Shown here piece by piece: positions 48,001-60,013 of a stretch of 64,000 nt of DNA. Positions within the stretch are counted from its first letter, which is position 1. Each line of letters starts with the position of its first letter. The stretch comes from Phyllosticta citribraziliensis (taxonomy: Eukaryota), in contig NW_027117341.1 of the NCBI RefSeq assembly GCF_038025025.1, forward strand, positions 682,001-746,000, in the 5' to 3' direction. The notes below the pieces were generated by a model. That model was not told where the DNA came from and ran no database searches. It worked only from the letters and a program-made list of their open reading frames with translations. The translations under genes and the position numbers were made by a program.

Positions 48001-48588
48001 ATGGGTGATTCTGCCTCTGGAATGGCAAGCAAGCGCCTTCTGGCAGACTACAATTCGGTACAAAAGTTGCAAAATTCGAGCCCGCCGCACGAGCTCGGTT
48101 GGTACATCGATCCCGCAGTCATCGAGGACACGGGCAACATTTACCAGTGGATTGTCGAGCTCCATAGCTTCGACCCATCGCTTCCGCTCGCCCAGGACAT
48201 GAAGACTCGTGGCGTCAAGAGTATCGTCTTGGAGATTCGCTTCGGCAAAGAATACCCCATGTCGCCTCCTTTCGTCCGCGTGATCCGTCCGCGCTTCCTG
48301 TCGTTCTTGGAGGGCGGTGGTGGTCACGTTACGGCAGGCGGCGCTCTTTGCATGATGCTGTTGACTAATGATGGCTGGAGCGCCGTATCAACGATAGAGT
48401 CGGTCCTCCTGCAGGTGCGTCTTGCCATGTCATCGACGGACCCTCGACCGGCACGATTGGACCCGGGACGGAGGAGCGAGTATGGCGTCGGCGAAGCCGT
48501 GGAGGCGTACAAGAGGGCCTGTGAGAGGCATGGATGGAAAATCCCTGACGGATTCGATGCCATGATGAAGGGATCTCGTTCTTCTTAG
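45046..48588 (+). CDS. PARP-like ADP-ribosyltransferase fused to a UBE2Q-like ubiquitin-conjugating (E2) domain, 1162 aa (intron 47188-47241)
   Basis: Cys cluster YCLICH..LKPYVCDIPLCLFQY (PARP6/8-like). ART motifs FAWHGS..NWHSIIRDGL, GRAYGDGIYFA and YYVV..TRYLFV. E2 motifs YPMSPPFVRVIRPRF and GHVTAGGALCMMLLTNDGWS (Cys codon 48349-48351). Confidence 0.9.
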
Positions 48589-50755
48589 AGAGATTGGGTG
48601 GCACTGCTTTGTTCTTGCAAAATGCCGTGCAGTTTCTGGTCGAGGAGGAACGCTCCTTGAGTGAATTCGGATGGAGTTTCAGAGTCTGGGTTGAGACGTC
48701 AAAAGACTTTCTTTTCGGGGGGGGGATATGACTGGCGTCAGGACGGGTCAGGCGCGGGATGACTCTTTTCGATTGCTTTACCCTGGAATCTTTTGCCAAT
48801 GGCTTTGCTTTGCCATGGCATCACTTTATTTTCTCTCCTCTCGACTTGCTTGATCTGGAGGACCGACTTTGAAGGGAAAGTCAGACCTTAGGTAGCTTAG
48901 ATTGCAACGGAGCTTGCCGTCGAAATGACTCTTGATACTTGGTCTCTTCTGCTCGGCCATTGTGGACGTTGATATAGCTTTGATTGACACTCTCGCTGTC
49001 TTCGTGTAGAAGCAGACGAATGCTCCTTAAATGCAGTCGCAGCTTAGTCGTCGTCATCAACTCCTCTGACACCTCGTTCTGTGGCACGGTGTCTTCCGGA
49101 TTTATATTCAATTGTACTCCTACATGTGCGCACCCCGTTACTCAAGTATCCAGACGCAGTGCTCTCAATCCAATCCGGATGTTGGATGATTCTTTCGAAT
49201 GACTTCCCCACTGCTACTCTCCGCTGTAGCACATACGAGCACTCCTGTGTCTAATGGCGAGCGTCTTTGGAAGCCAACATGTCTGGCCAGTAGTGACCAT
49301 TGCTGCTTGTCCCGACAATGCCATGACGACATGGTAGGCCAGCAACAGGCGCACCACAGTGACATATGCCGGAGCACGTACGGCACTTGCGGCAAGGCAT
49401 GGCATGGCATTATTCGGCGTCTCTCACCAACAACCAGCGCCAGCCAGCCGACCACCCTCCGTCCCGACCTACCAACGCGTCCGTGTCGTAAGTACCATCG
49501 TCGTGTCGACACATGGCACCAGCTCTTTACCAAGTGTCTGTCCCATCCGTGCGTGCATGACTGGCGGCGCAGCAGCAGCAGCAGCAGCACGCCCATCAAC
49601 CAACCGCACAGACGGGCAACAAGAACAAAAACCCAGGGAAAAAATTGACAGACACACGGAGCGCGCAGGCGCAGGAGCAAAGAGGGCTGAGACTTTGGCA
49701 GAGGGCAGGGGACGCGTGGGGGCTGGGGTGTTGGTGCCTGCGCCTGTGCCTGTTGATCGCGATTTGCATTGCGCGTGGGGTGGTGTGGGCGCGCGTGTTG
49801 GCTGTGCTACTGTTGGTGGTGCTGGCTGGCTGTGCCTCTCTGTGGTTGTTTTGCTTTTGCTGTGGCATGGTGAGGGAGGAATTCGTTCACGGCTGGTGAT
49901 GGATGCGAAGGCTGAGATGGCCTGAGAGCCCAGGGAGTGTTGGTACTCGTCGCGTCGCGTCACTCAGCTTTACGCAGCGTCAGGTCAGGTCGTGGGATGC
50001 CGCCCGTGGTCGCTGCTGTGGAGCTGGATGATGATGCAACGGACGGAAGCGACGGCAGCATCATTCTTTTTTTCTTCTTGCATCGTGACAGCGTGGCTGC
50101 TGGTCTCACCGCCGGTCGAGTTCGCCTTCGGGTCGTCGGCCGGCCGGCGGTTCTCGCGTTTGAAAAAGGACGCCGTGCAGCTTTCTTGCTCGTGTTCGTG
50201 AGCAGCAAGCGACCTGACCCGACCCGACCCCCTGGTGGCCGACCGACCGACCGACCGAGTTCAGGCACGCCACTCAATTCAGGGACTCGAGATCTGCGCC
50301 CACCCAGATACGCGAGGAGTGAGGCGAGCGAGCGGTGAGGTCATACGTCGCGCATTCTCATTTCCAGCCTCTGGCGTTGCACCGACGCCGTGTCTGTGTG
50401 CGTATGTATGCCGTTTCAACGCGTCCTGAAACAGTCGATCGAACGAGCGTGGGGGAACACAAGGAGGAAAGGTCTTGTTCGTTGGATGCGACTTATCGCC
50501 AACCTACATGTACCTACCTTACGTGCCGTGTCTTGATAGCTGACCGTCGGCGTGCCGCAGGTCGACCGTTGGTTGCTTATTATTCCCGCCGTCCTCAAAC
50601 ACCGAAAGACAAGCCTGCCTACACTCCAATTGACAGCCCAGCTTGCGTCGCCCTCGTACCTTCTCATTGACCATTTAACCCCGCGACTCTTGCTCCTCCT
50701 CGATCTGTTGTCGGAATTTGGATCGTCTGGCTCATCGCGACTCCACACAACAATC

Positions 50756-51187
50756 ATGTCGGCAATCAAACACCACCCCATCTTTTCCCTGATCAGCCCA
50801 GCTGCGACGCCACCACGCCCTGCACCCACCGACGATGATGCAATTCCCCTCGTCAACGTGCCCTCGTCGTCGTCGTCGACGACACCGCCAGAAGACGTCC
50901 ACATTGGCGTCGATCCGTCCGCCACCACCCCGCCGCCACAGAAGCTCTCCAAGAAGACGCCGCGCCGCCCTGCAACGTGGAAGTACGTCAGCCACGGCAT
51001 CGGCGGCGCGGGAAATTTCCATCTGCGTGAGTGCTCACCGGCAGACAGCAACTCCAATGCCTGACTCCAGCTTGCAGGTCACGTTTTCGCGAGTCGTTCG
51101 CGCACGCCCGCAAAACCCACTACGACGCCAGCGACGTCGACGCGCTGCGTCTGTTCGTGCAGCCGCTGCTTCAACCAGCAAATGTAG
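50756..51187 (+). CDS. Small hypothetical protein with SHGIGGAGN (DUF3602-like GRGGAGN) motif; 3' exon structure uncertain
   Basis: ATG in good context (ACAATCATG), P/S/T-rich ORF, GTGAGT donor at 51027 directly after the motif, CTGAC..TTGCAG acceptor at about 51077. Confidence 0.4.
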
Positions 51188-52167
51188 TGCGGGTGGCTAA
51201 ACGAGCCCGCGCCCGGGAGCTAGCCTGCTAGTTTGCCGTTGAATCCGTTCCGCCAGCGAGCCAGCCGGCCGGGCGCGACGCGACCAACGCCACTGATCTC
51301 ACTCCTGCGGTCAGCCCGTTCGAACGAGTCACCGACTGCCAGGAACGACGGAATGCTCGGCACCATCTCGTCCGCCCTCTCTTCGCATTCGGCTCGCGCT
51401 TTTCTTCTTCTCACGTATCGCTCCCATCATCGCGTTGATCATCTCGGTTCCGAGTTTACGTCGCCGTCGTCGTGACCACCAGATTCCAGGAACGTGTGCA
51501 GGAGGCCTGGGACCGGGATGGACGCACTCACGGCAGCTGTGGAATTTGCGTCGTCGGAGTGCAATCGCCTTTGCTCGTGAGAGAGCTCTGTACGGCCGCG
51601 AAAATCACGAATCACGAATCACGGGTGCCATTGGATTGAGCTGAGCCGAAGGAGGCTGGCGAGGAAAGGAAAAGGAAAGGGGAACGAACACATACTTCTG
51701 CGGAAAGCAAAACCAAAACAACGAGAAAAGTAAACCGACGACGCGGTGCGCGAGGAGCGGCTGGTTGCGGGGTCGACGTGAGTCAGCCCCCCGTCAATTC
51801 AAGCGACCCACCATCCCTCCAGCTGTTCGCAGCGAGTTTGAAGCAAAAAAGTCAGAGTCACAGGGAGATGTGTGTATAGTCAGAGGTTTAGACGCGGTGC
51901 GGGAACGCCCGAGCGTTGCTGCAGCCCAGCGTCACAGCCTGATGACTGCAGGACGTCGCTGGGCAGGGCCTGTTTGCCCAATTGCCATGTCTGGTCACCA
52001 TGGCACTTTTTTAATTCTCCGCCGCAGCCTTACAGTCAGACATACATACAGGCCGTCTGCGCCACACGCATCATTTCACGTCCGGCCAACCACAGGCGGG
52101 GAACGCCGACAGGCTTGGGAGGCATCACCGCCGCACCATTCATTTTTCCTCGACGATTGGGTCTTCT

Positions 52168-52168
<1 letters not shown>

Positions 52169-52202
<34 letters not shown>
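52169..52202. repeat. (GGCT)n microsatellite
   Basis: About 8 tandem GGCT units. Confidence 0.9.
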
Positions 52203-52203
<1 letters not shown>

Positions 52204-55200
52204 CCAACCTCTCGCTGACCGGCGGGCTGGGTTCGTTACTTAGCTTTTGCATTTGCGGATGTTGCCCCAGACACCACACCACGGCGGCGGCGGCGGCGGG
52301 GGGCGGATTCTAGAAACCCGGGCACGACGGCACCGCCCACATGTGTACCTGAGGCCGCAGCGCAGTCCCTGTCGCATTCCCCAAACACTGTCTCTATTTC
52401 GTCGCGAACATGGAATCGTCGACTGCTGCCAGCCAATCAAAGCGCTTGACCAGTTAACCAACCACCGGGTCGCCGGTTCGTCTTCTTCTTCTTCAGTTGT
52501 CTGATGTCGCGGCGCCCGCAAAACGCCACAGTCTCGCTCTCGCTCATTCGCTCTTGCGGCTGCTTGCTCACCGACTGCTTGGTCTGCTGCGTGTTTCAGA
52601 ATGGGAGACGAGTGCCGCCCACCGCCGTCCCTGCTTCCTTGATACTCGTCCTTGCCGCCCAGCAGGGCTCATGGAGGAGCATTGACGAAGATGTTGGTTG
52701 TCGCTGTCGACGCGCGGTCACGACTCTAACAAAGTCTCGCGAGTCGGTCACTCTCTTTTCCTTTGGCGTTGCTGGATCTTTTTGAAACGGCCGCGAGACG
52801 ACGACGGCTCGAGAGGGTCGGACTGTGCGTTCGTCCAGCCAGTCCAGCCAGTCCGGTCCAGCCCAGACAGCCTGGACGAGACGAGACGAGACGAGACCAG
52901 ATGAGATGAGACAAACGTGCCGGGTACCTAGACGGATAGACGGGAGGGAAGGATGGCGAGACGAGACAACGAACCAGCCATCCGTCCGCATGAGTGAGGG
53001 TGTTTGGCCGCCAACGTCCGCGTCTGTAACGAGTTCCCTACCCCTGCTTCCAATTGTCGTTGTTGTTGTTATGGTCAAGCACCGACCTACCTCCCTGGCC
53101 CAGCTTCCCCACAACCATGACAGCACTAGGTGTGTTTGACATGCAATCTACTTCCTCCCCCTCTCCATGTCTTCGCGACTCCATCCAATACTGTACCGTA
53201 GCTCCCAGTCCAAACCCATATCCCTGTGCCGCTCCCCTTCCCCTCCCCTTGTTGCTACAGCTACGGCCCACGCCCGCCACGCCACAGCTTTTCCGGTCAG
53301 GGCCAAAAGCAAAGCAGCTGCGAGTACGAGTAAAAAAAAAGAAAAGAAACAACATATGTACCCTGTCCACCACACGCGTAGCCAGTCGCCCGATCAATCC
53401 AGCGTGCGCCGAAGCTTGACCGGTCGACTCTACAGGGGTACGTTGCGGGAACTCGGTGCTGGGTCTGCTCCGCGCGCTGCGTCTGCGTCGCTGGATAGTT
53501 GAAAGAAAGGATAGGAAAGGATGAAGAGAGGGAACTGGTGCAGGATGTGGGGTGTAGGGAAGGGAAGGGAAGAGAAAGAGATGGGGAGATTTACCTTCCC
53601 GCCCGCGCGCGTATGCTGGCTGCTGGATGCTGGCCTTGCATAGCATATGCTCTGTCCCTTTTTCTTCTTTTCCGCTGATGTGTGGATGGATGATGGGTGA
53701 TGGGGCAATTTCCTTTCGAGTGCGGTGTTGGTTGGGCAGCATGACATTGTACTGTAGCTGTGTTTTTTCTCTCCCTCTCTGTCTTTTTCAGGATAGAGCT
53801 TCCCTCGTCCATGGACTGTCTGGCTAGTCCCTGCCGTGTGCCTGACTGACGAGAAGTATTCCCAGATATATTCTTGATACTGTTTACATCTGCGTTCGCG
53901 AGAAGCTAGACATCATGGGGAGAGCCTGACAACCTTGGTGCAAAGAGGTACCACACCGCAGACGCAGGTACATCTACGATCGACTCCAGGTAGCTTAACG
54001 TACCGTGTAGCCGACGAGATAAAATCGCCCACGCAGCCCAAACGGGCAATGGTCCCTCCCGCTCCGAGCCTTTCTGTTTTTGCTTCTCAGACAGCGCTCC
54101 CCTTAGTCTTCATCTCTTTGTCCGTCTGTTGTCTCACGACAACTCTCACGACTCTGCCTCTTCCTTTCCCGTCAATTGTCGTTTTTCAAACACTCTGTCT
54201 GCGCGCTTGCTTGTCGGCTCCCTGCTTGCTTCTGAAGCTTCATTAGCACGTGCCCCATCCTCACTCGCATCCTCGCCCCGCATCCCAGACGCGAAGGAGA
54301 GGAAGGGAAGGGGAGAGAAAGGCAGAAGCTCTGACTCCGAGCTTGTCGGACTGACTAACAACCGCCCTACCCGCGGCCGGCTACATGACTAACACGCCAA
54401 TTGCTAGCCCAACCCAACGAGAAGAGAGGACGAAGTGCTAGTGTCCGTGTTGTCGGTGGACACACCAACCGCCAACTGACAAACCCAGCCTCGAGTTCAT
54501 CAACCTGCGGACGCAGCTGGCTGGTGCTTTGATGCTTTACTCTACTCCTACTCTTTCTGCCTGCTTGCGCTCGTGCCTCAGCTTGCCCCCCAGCTACAGT
54601 ACCTACGCTCTTCACTCATTTCCCCCCCGCTGCCCATCACCTCAGCTCAGCTTTCCTGCCAGCCCCCCCTCTACCCTCTGCCCTCGTGGTCCGTGATCTC
54701 GCTCCCAACGCCAATGCCAATACCAAAGCCAATGCCCTGCGTTGACTCGCCTCACCTCCACCCACCCACTCACTCACAACCCGACCCGACTCGGGCAGTC
54801 CCTCGGCGCCGCTGGATCGCTGATCAATCGCCCGCACACGGAGCGCACGACGGACAGGCAAGGCAGGCGAGCCCACGTGGGCGGCATTTTGCTCGGAACA
54901 CTTCGTTTACCGCGATCCGAGAAGATGAGGGATGATTTAGAGTTTTGCGAATCTATTGATGGGATGGGGTATCTGCATCTATTTTGTCTATGCGAATGCA
55001 GCCAAGGTGGCAGGCTGAAAGGGGTATAGTACGTGCCGATGTACGATACGGGTTAATGTACAGTACGGTTGGTGAGGGAGCAGTGCGATAGGCAAGCAGG
55101 CAAGCAGGTAAGCAGGCAAGCAGGTACAAGTGCGCGCGCGAGTGGTGGTTGCAAGAGCAGTAGTGGTATAGAGCGGTAATGGTATGGTATCGAATACAAG

Positions 55201-56087
55201 TGGTAGTACACAAAACGACAAGTCTCCCAAACAAAGGAAATGGTCCTCTCCAGACGGCAACAAAAGAAATCCGCCTCTACTCGATAACACAACAAAGGAA
55301 AAGATGGGGAACAATGGCCCGAGATCAGCCGCAGAGGGCAGCCATGACAGCACAGCACGCCCGACAGGACCCTCCGACAGCGCCGGCGTCACCGATGACG
55401 GCCGCCGAGCAGCGACCAAATGAGGCGTTGGATGGGGTTGCTGTCGTCGGTGGGTGACGATGCGGCGCCGCCGACGTCGCTGCCGACGTCGCTGACACGG
55501 CTCGCGCATCGACGCCGATACCAAGCAAGCAATGCCAATAATAGCCATCGCATGGTTGTGGCTGAAGCGGCGCGGAGCTGGGGCCGCGAGCGAGGGCACT
55601 GAGAGGGTTTTGTGTGTCGAAGGATGTGGAGTGCGATCGACGCACTCAGAAGCGCGCGGACGCGCTGATAGGTAGAGATGGGGGCCAGCAGAGGCCAGGA
55701 ACGGCAGCACATGCGGCGGCGGCGGCAGAAGCAGAGGGCCATCAGCAGTGCTCGGCCACCGAGCGCGTCTGCACGCATCCAACGAGTACGGTAGGGGGCA
55801 GCAGCACAGTCGGGGGGCACGTGAGGCCCCAGAGGTGCGTGCGCGCTCTAGGTACATGTACCGTGGTGGTTGGGCAACACGGCGGGGCTGAACAGGCTGA
55901 GGCGCTGCTTGCTTTTTGCTAATGATGGGAAGGTGCGGTACTGAGAGAGTAATTAGCATGTGAGGAGGGGAAATGAGGGACGGGGACTCGACGTACTGTA
56001 TCACCATGATGCGCGACGCCAGCGATCACTGATCGCGTAGACAGACATGTTGAGAGGAGAGAAAGAGGGACATGATCAGAGTCGACG

Positions 56088-56759
56088 TCAAGCGACTCGG
56101 ATCAGATGGTCGTCGTGGTTCACGCCGCCAGGACCTTGAAGCCTGTGGTCTGGATGGAGGGCAGGCGAGGACGGGCGCCACCGCAGAAACGCTTGGTCTC
56201 GTGGAAGTCGCGAAGCTGTACGAAAAGGGTCACACCGGTCAGCAAAGGCGTTTTTCGGCACGACGTCGGGGCCGTCAGGGGGGGAGGGGATACGAACAGA
56301 TGGTGACATGTCGGGCATCGAGTTTTGTCGAGGACGATCCTCCGCCGCTTGGCACTGAGGCTGCGTCTCGCACAGCCAGCGCGAGATGGTGCGCACGTGG
56401 GACTGATCGGCAAAGAGACTGCGCTTGCGGCGCTTCTCGACTGGGAGCAGAGTCAGTCGACGGCCTTGGGGGGAAGAATGCAGCAAAGACGTACCGTTGA
56501 GGGCAGAGGGGAGAGGAGCAGCCTTGGAGGCGACTGATGCGGAGGAGGCGGCGACAGAAGAGCACGGAGCAGAGGGCACAGGTGCCTCGTTCAACTCTTG
56601 TGGGACCACGGACGGGTCAACCTCCATGTCGTCCTCGGTCATGGTGACGTCGTGATCTTCCTCCGGATGCGGGTACTCAGCCTTGGGGAGGACGAGGCCG
56701 GAGACGAAGAAGGACGAGTAGCCGGCGAGCATGAGGAGGTGGGCTTGGTGGTAGGCCAT
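56088..56759 (-). CDS. Hypothetical protein (possible in-frame intron 56494-56441)
   Basis: ATG context TCCACAATGG, coding-like C-ending codon bias, GTACGT..CTGAC..CCCAG intron signals, KRRKRS basic patch. Confidence 0.5.
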   Translation of the reverse strand: MAYHQAHLLMLAGYSSFFVSGLVLPKAEYPHPEEDHDVTMTEDDMEVDPSVVPQELNEAPVPSAPCSSVAASSASVASKAAPLPSALNGTSLLHSSPQGRRLTLLPVEKRRKRSLFADQSHVRTISRWLCETQPQCQAAEDRPRQNSMPDMSPSVRIPSPPDGPDVVPKNAFADRCDPFRTASRLPRDQAFLRWRPSSPALHPDHRLQGPGGVNHDDHLIRVA

Positions 56760-57173
56760 TGTGGAGGTGTGGGGGGGGTGGTGGTGGTGGTGGTGGTAGT
56801 AGTGGTAGTCGTTGGTAAGGACCGTGTAGGCGACTTCGATTCGCCCGAGCAACCAGGCTGGAGGGTGGATGTGGATGTGGATGGGTGGTGTTTGAAGGCG
56901 AAGCGAAGAGCGGCGGACAGATGGGTATTATAGATTTCTGGTGGTTGGTACGAGTGTCGTGTCGCGTCGTGTCGGACGTGGAGGAACCCTGCTGGGGGGG
57001 CAAGAAAGGCGCTCAAGCCCAAGTGGTGCCTGGAAATGTTTTTTGGGCGACGGGTCCAGGGCATCCCTGCTCCGTCACGGCCCTTCATCTGCCGCTTTTG
57101 AGAAGCTTCCATCTGGCGAAACTCTGAACCTGCAAGGGCCTCGCCACCATGACCCTGCGCCCAACCAAGACGC

Positions 57174-57199
57174 GACTCGACTCGACTCGACTCGACTCG
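57174..57199. repeat. (GACTC)n microsatellite; its reverse complement (GAGTC)n occurs at about 61990-62020
   Basis: Five tandem GACTC units. Confidence 0.85.
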
Positions 57200-58161
57200 C
57201 TGAAGACGCTGGCTGCTTCGTCAACGGCCCAACTGAAACTGGCACAGCTTCTTTCCGTTCCGCCTTACGGGTAGGTCATGGTCATGGTCATGGTCCCGTC
57301 TTGTCGGCAGTCCGGCGGCGCCGAAGGACGAACGACGAACGACGAACGACGAACGCAGTGGGAGATGAAGACATGTGGCTGGTGCGCTGCTGCGACAGTG
57401 CGTGCCCTTCTTCGACGTTTGTTCCATGAACCTTCTCCCGACCTTCATCTGCTTTGCTGTCGTCCCATCCTAGACTCCATCGCCTTCCATTGCGCTCCTG
57501 TCCGGAACGGGCCACTCTTACGACCTGACCTGCCTGCCCTCGCGACCTGCCCAAACCATTACAAGTCGGGCGGCATCAACGGCACCAAGAAGCAGCCAAG
57601 ACTCGTATCTCTTCGGCCATGTACCGGTCCCGTACTCTACGTGGTTCCACTGAAGAAACGCGCCGCACGTGATGGCCGGAATCTCGGCCTCTCTGCCTGT
57701 GCTGTACCACCGCATCGACTCGCGTCTGTCTCGTCAATGAACATCTGTCCATCTGTCCATCTGTCCATCGCCAACCCTCCACTCTGTCATGCGACTCTCC
57801 AGACTATAGCCTGGCTGACCACCACCCGTCTGTCTTTGGGCCCGCCTCCGCTCCTCGACGATGGCCAATACTGCAGCCACTCACTGCCGACCCCGCGCCC
57901 TTCGCCCTATGCGGACGGCAAACCTCTGTTCGTGCAGCCTGCCGTGGTTGACCCAATGATGGACTCGATCAAACGGGTATAGGCCCAACATGTCCTCGAC
58001 CTCTATTCTCCCGGGTGCAAGGGAGTCACCAGGCTCCAGTGTCTTTACCCACATTCCTCACTGTCGCTTGCGTGTTGATGCTGCTGGTCAAATACTCGAC
58101 GACGCGTCGTGTCGTCCTCTGCCGGACCAGACGCCTCTCTATCTAGCCTTGCGACGACAGC

Positions 58162-60013
58162 ATGCACTCCGGCTGCCTTGTGGCCGCTTTGGCCCTGGGT
58201 CTCTCTGCTGTCCATGCCGTCGATCCCCAGGTCCCCTTGAATTACAGCACTTACGAGGGCACACCTTATTCAAACGGAATCACTGCCTGGCTCGGCATCC
58301 GCTTTGCTGCTCCACCCACTGGTAACCTGCGCTTTGCGGCCCCGCTCGATCCACCCATAGTTGGTGCGGTTCAGGCAGCTGACCAGGTACGTTGCGATTA
58401 AGGTTCTATTAATCTTTAATTCTTCGCCGTGCCCTCTGATTCCTGCATTTGGCTGCTCCCCGGTCCCGGCCCGAGTCTGTGATTGGCCCATTGACGCTTA
58501 TCCCTCCCAGCACGGGCCATACTGTATAGCCACGGCGGCCTCGCCATCCGTCACCACCACCAGCGAGGACTGCTTGTTCCTCGACGTCTACGCCCCCTCC
58601 AACGCCTCGACCAATGCCAAGCTGCCCGTCTTTGTCTACATCCAGGGCGGCGGCTTCAACGCAAACTCAAATGCCAACAACAACGGCCAAGGCTTGATCA
58701 CCGCTTCGGGCTACAACATTGTCGTCGTGACCTTCAATTACCGCGTTGGTCCGTATGGTTTCCTCGGGGGCGCAGAGGTCGCGGCCGGCGCAAGCCTCAA
58801 CAACGGGATCAAGGATCAGCTCAAGGCCCTTCAGTGGGTTCAGCGCTACATTACTCGAGTAAGCAACCCTTCTTCCGCAACCAACTTCAATCCTGACACT
58901 GCGATAGTTTGGCGGAGATCCAAATCATGGTGAGCTCCCCCAACAACCACGACAACTCTGATCCCCTTACTCACCTTCTCAGTTGTCGTTGGTGGCAGCA
59001 GTGCGGGCGCCGCTTCCGTGTCTCTCCTCCTCACCGCCTATGCGGGAAGGAACGATGGCTTGTTCCACGCGACAGCCGCCGAGTCCCAATCTTTTGCGGC
59101 CATGCTGACTAACCAGGAGAGTCAATATTCCTACGACAACCTAGTCATGCGCACTGGCTGTGCCAGTGCAGACAATACTCTTGCATGTCTGCGAAGCGTC
59201 GACATTGCGGAATTGCAAGCCCAAAACATAGCTACACCGTTCCCAGGAGCGCAAAAGGCCCCCTTGTACCCCTACGCGCCCATCATCGACGGCGATCTTG
59301 TCCCCGACTACACGCTTCGCCTCTTCCAGCAGGGCAAGTTCATTCATGTGCCGACAATCTGGGGAGATGACACCAATGGAGGCAGCATGTTCGCACCGAA
59401 GACGACGTCCACGCTTGGAGAAAGCAATTCTTGGCTGCACGATCAATTTCCACCCCTGACGCTCACCCAAATTCGCAAGCTGAACCAACTGTACCCCGTC
59501 GACGGAACGCCCACGTTCAATGCCACGGGCCGCTACTGGCGCCAGCTGAGCAACGTCTACGGCGACCTGCGCTACACGTGTCCGGGGCTGTCCATCTCGT
59601 CCATCTACTGGCGCGCCGGCCTGCCCTCGTGGAACTACCTCTGGAACGTCGAGGACCCAGCCCAGGTCGCCCAAGGCTACGGCGTCCCGCACACGGTCGA
59701 AGTCAACGCCATCTTTGGTCCGGAAAACGTGGCAGGCGGCTCGGCGCCCGTCAGCTACTATACTGGCGGCGTCAATGCGCCTATCGTCCCCATCGTCCAG
59801 CGCTACTGGACCAGCTTCGTCAGGGCCCTCGATCCAAACCTGTATCGCGCCCCGGGCTCGCCGCAATGGGAGACGTGGCGGCCCGTGGCCGAGGACTTGG
59901 ACGGCAGCCGCTTGATTTTCCAGACGGATGCTACGAGGATGGCACAGGTGGATGCGCTGACGAGGCGCAGATGCGAATACACGACGAGCATTGGCGTGGA
60001 TATTCGCCAGTGA
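58162..60013 (+). CDS. Secreted type-B carboxylesterase / lipase (4 exons, including a 22-nt mini-exon 58908-58929)
   Basis: Signal peptide, WLGIRFAAPPTGNLRF, SEDCLFLDVYAP, IQGGGF oxyanion loop, FNYRVG, FGGDPNHV..GGSSAG nucleophile, GVPHTVEV His. Confidence 0.92.
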
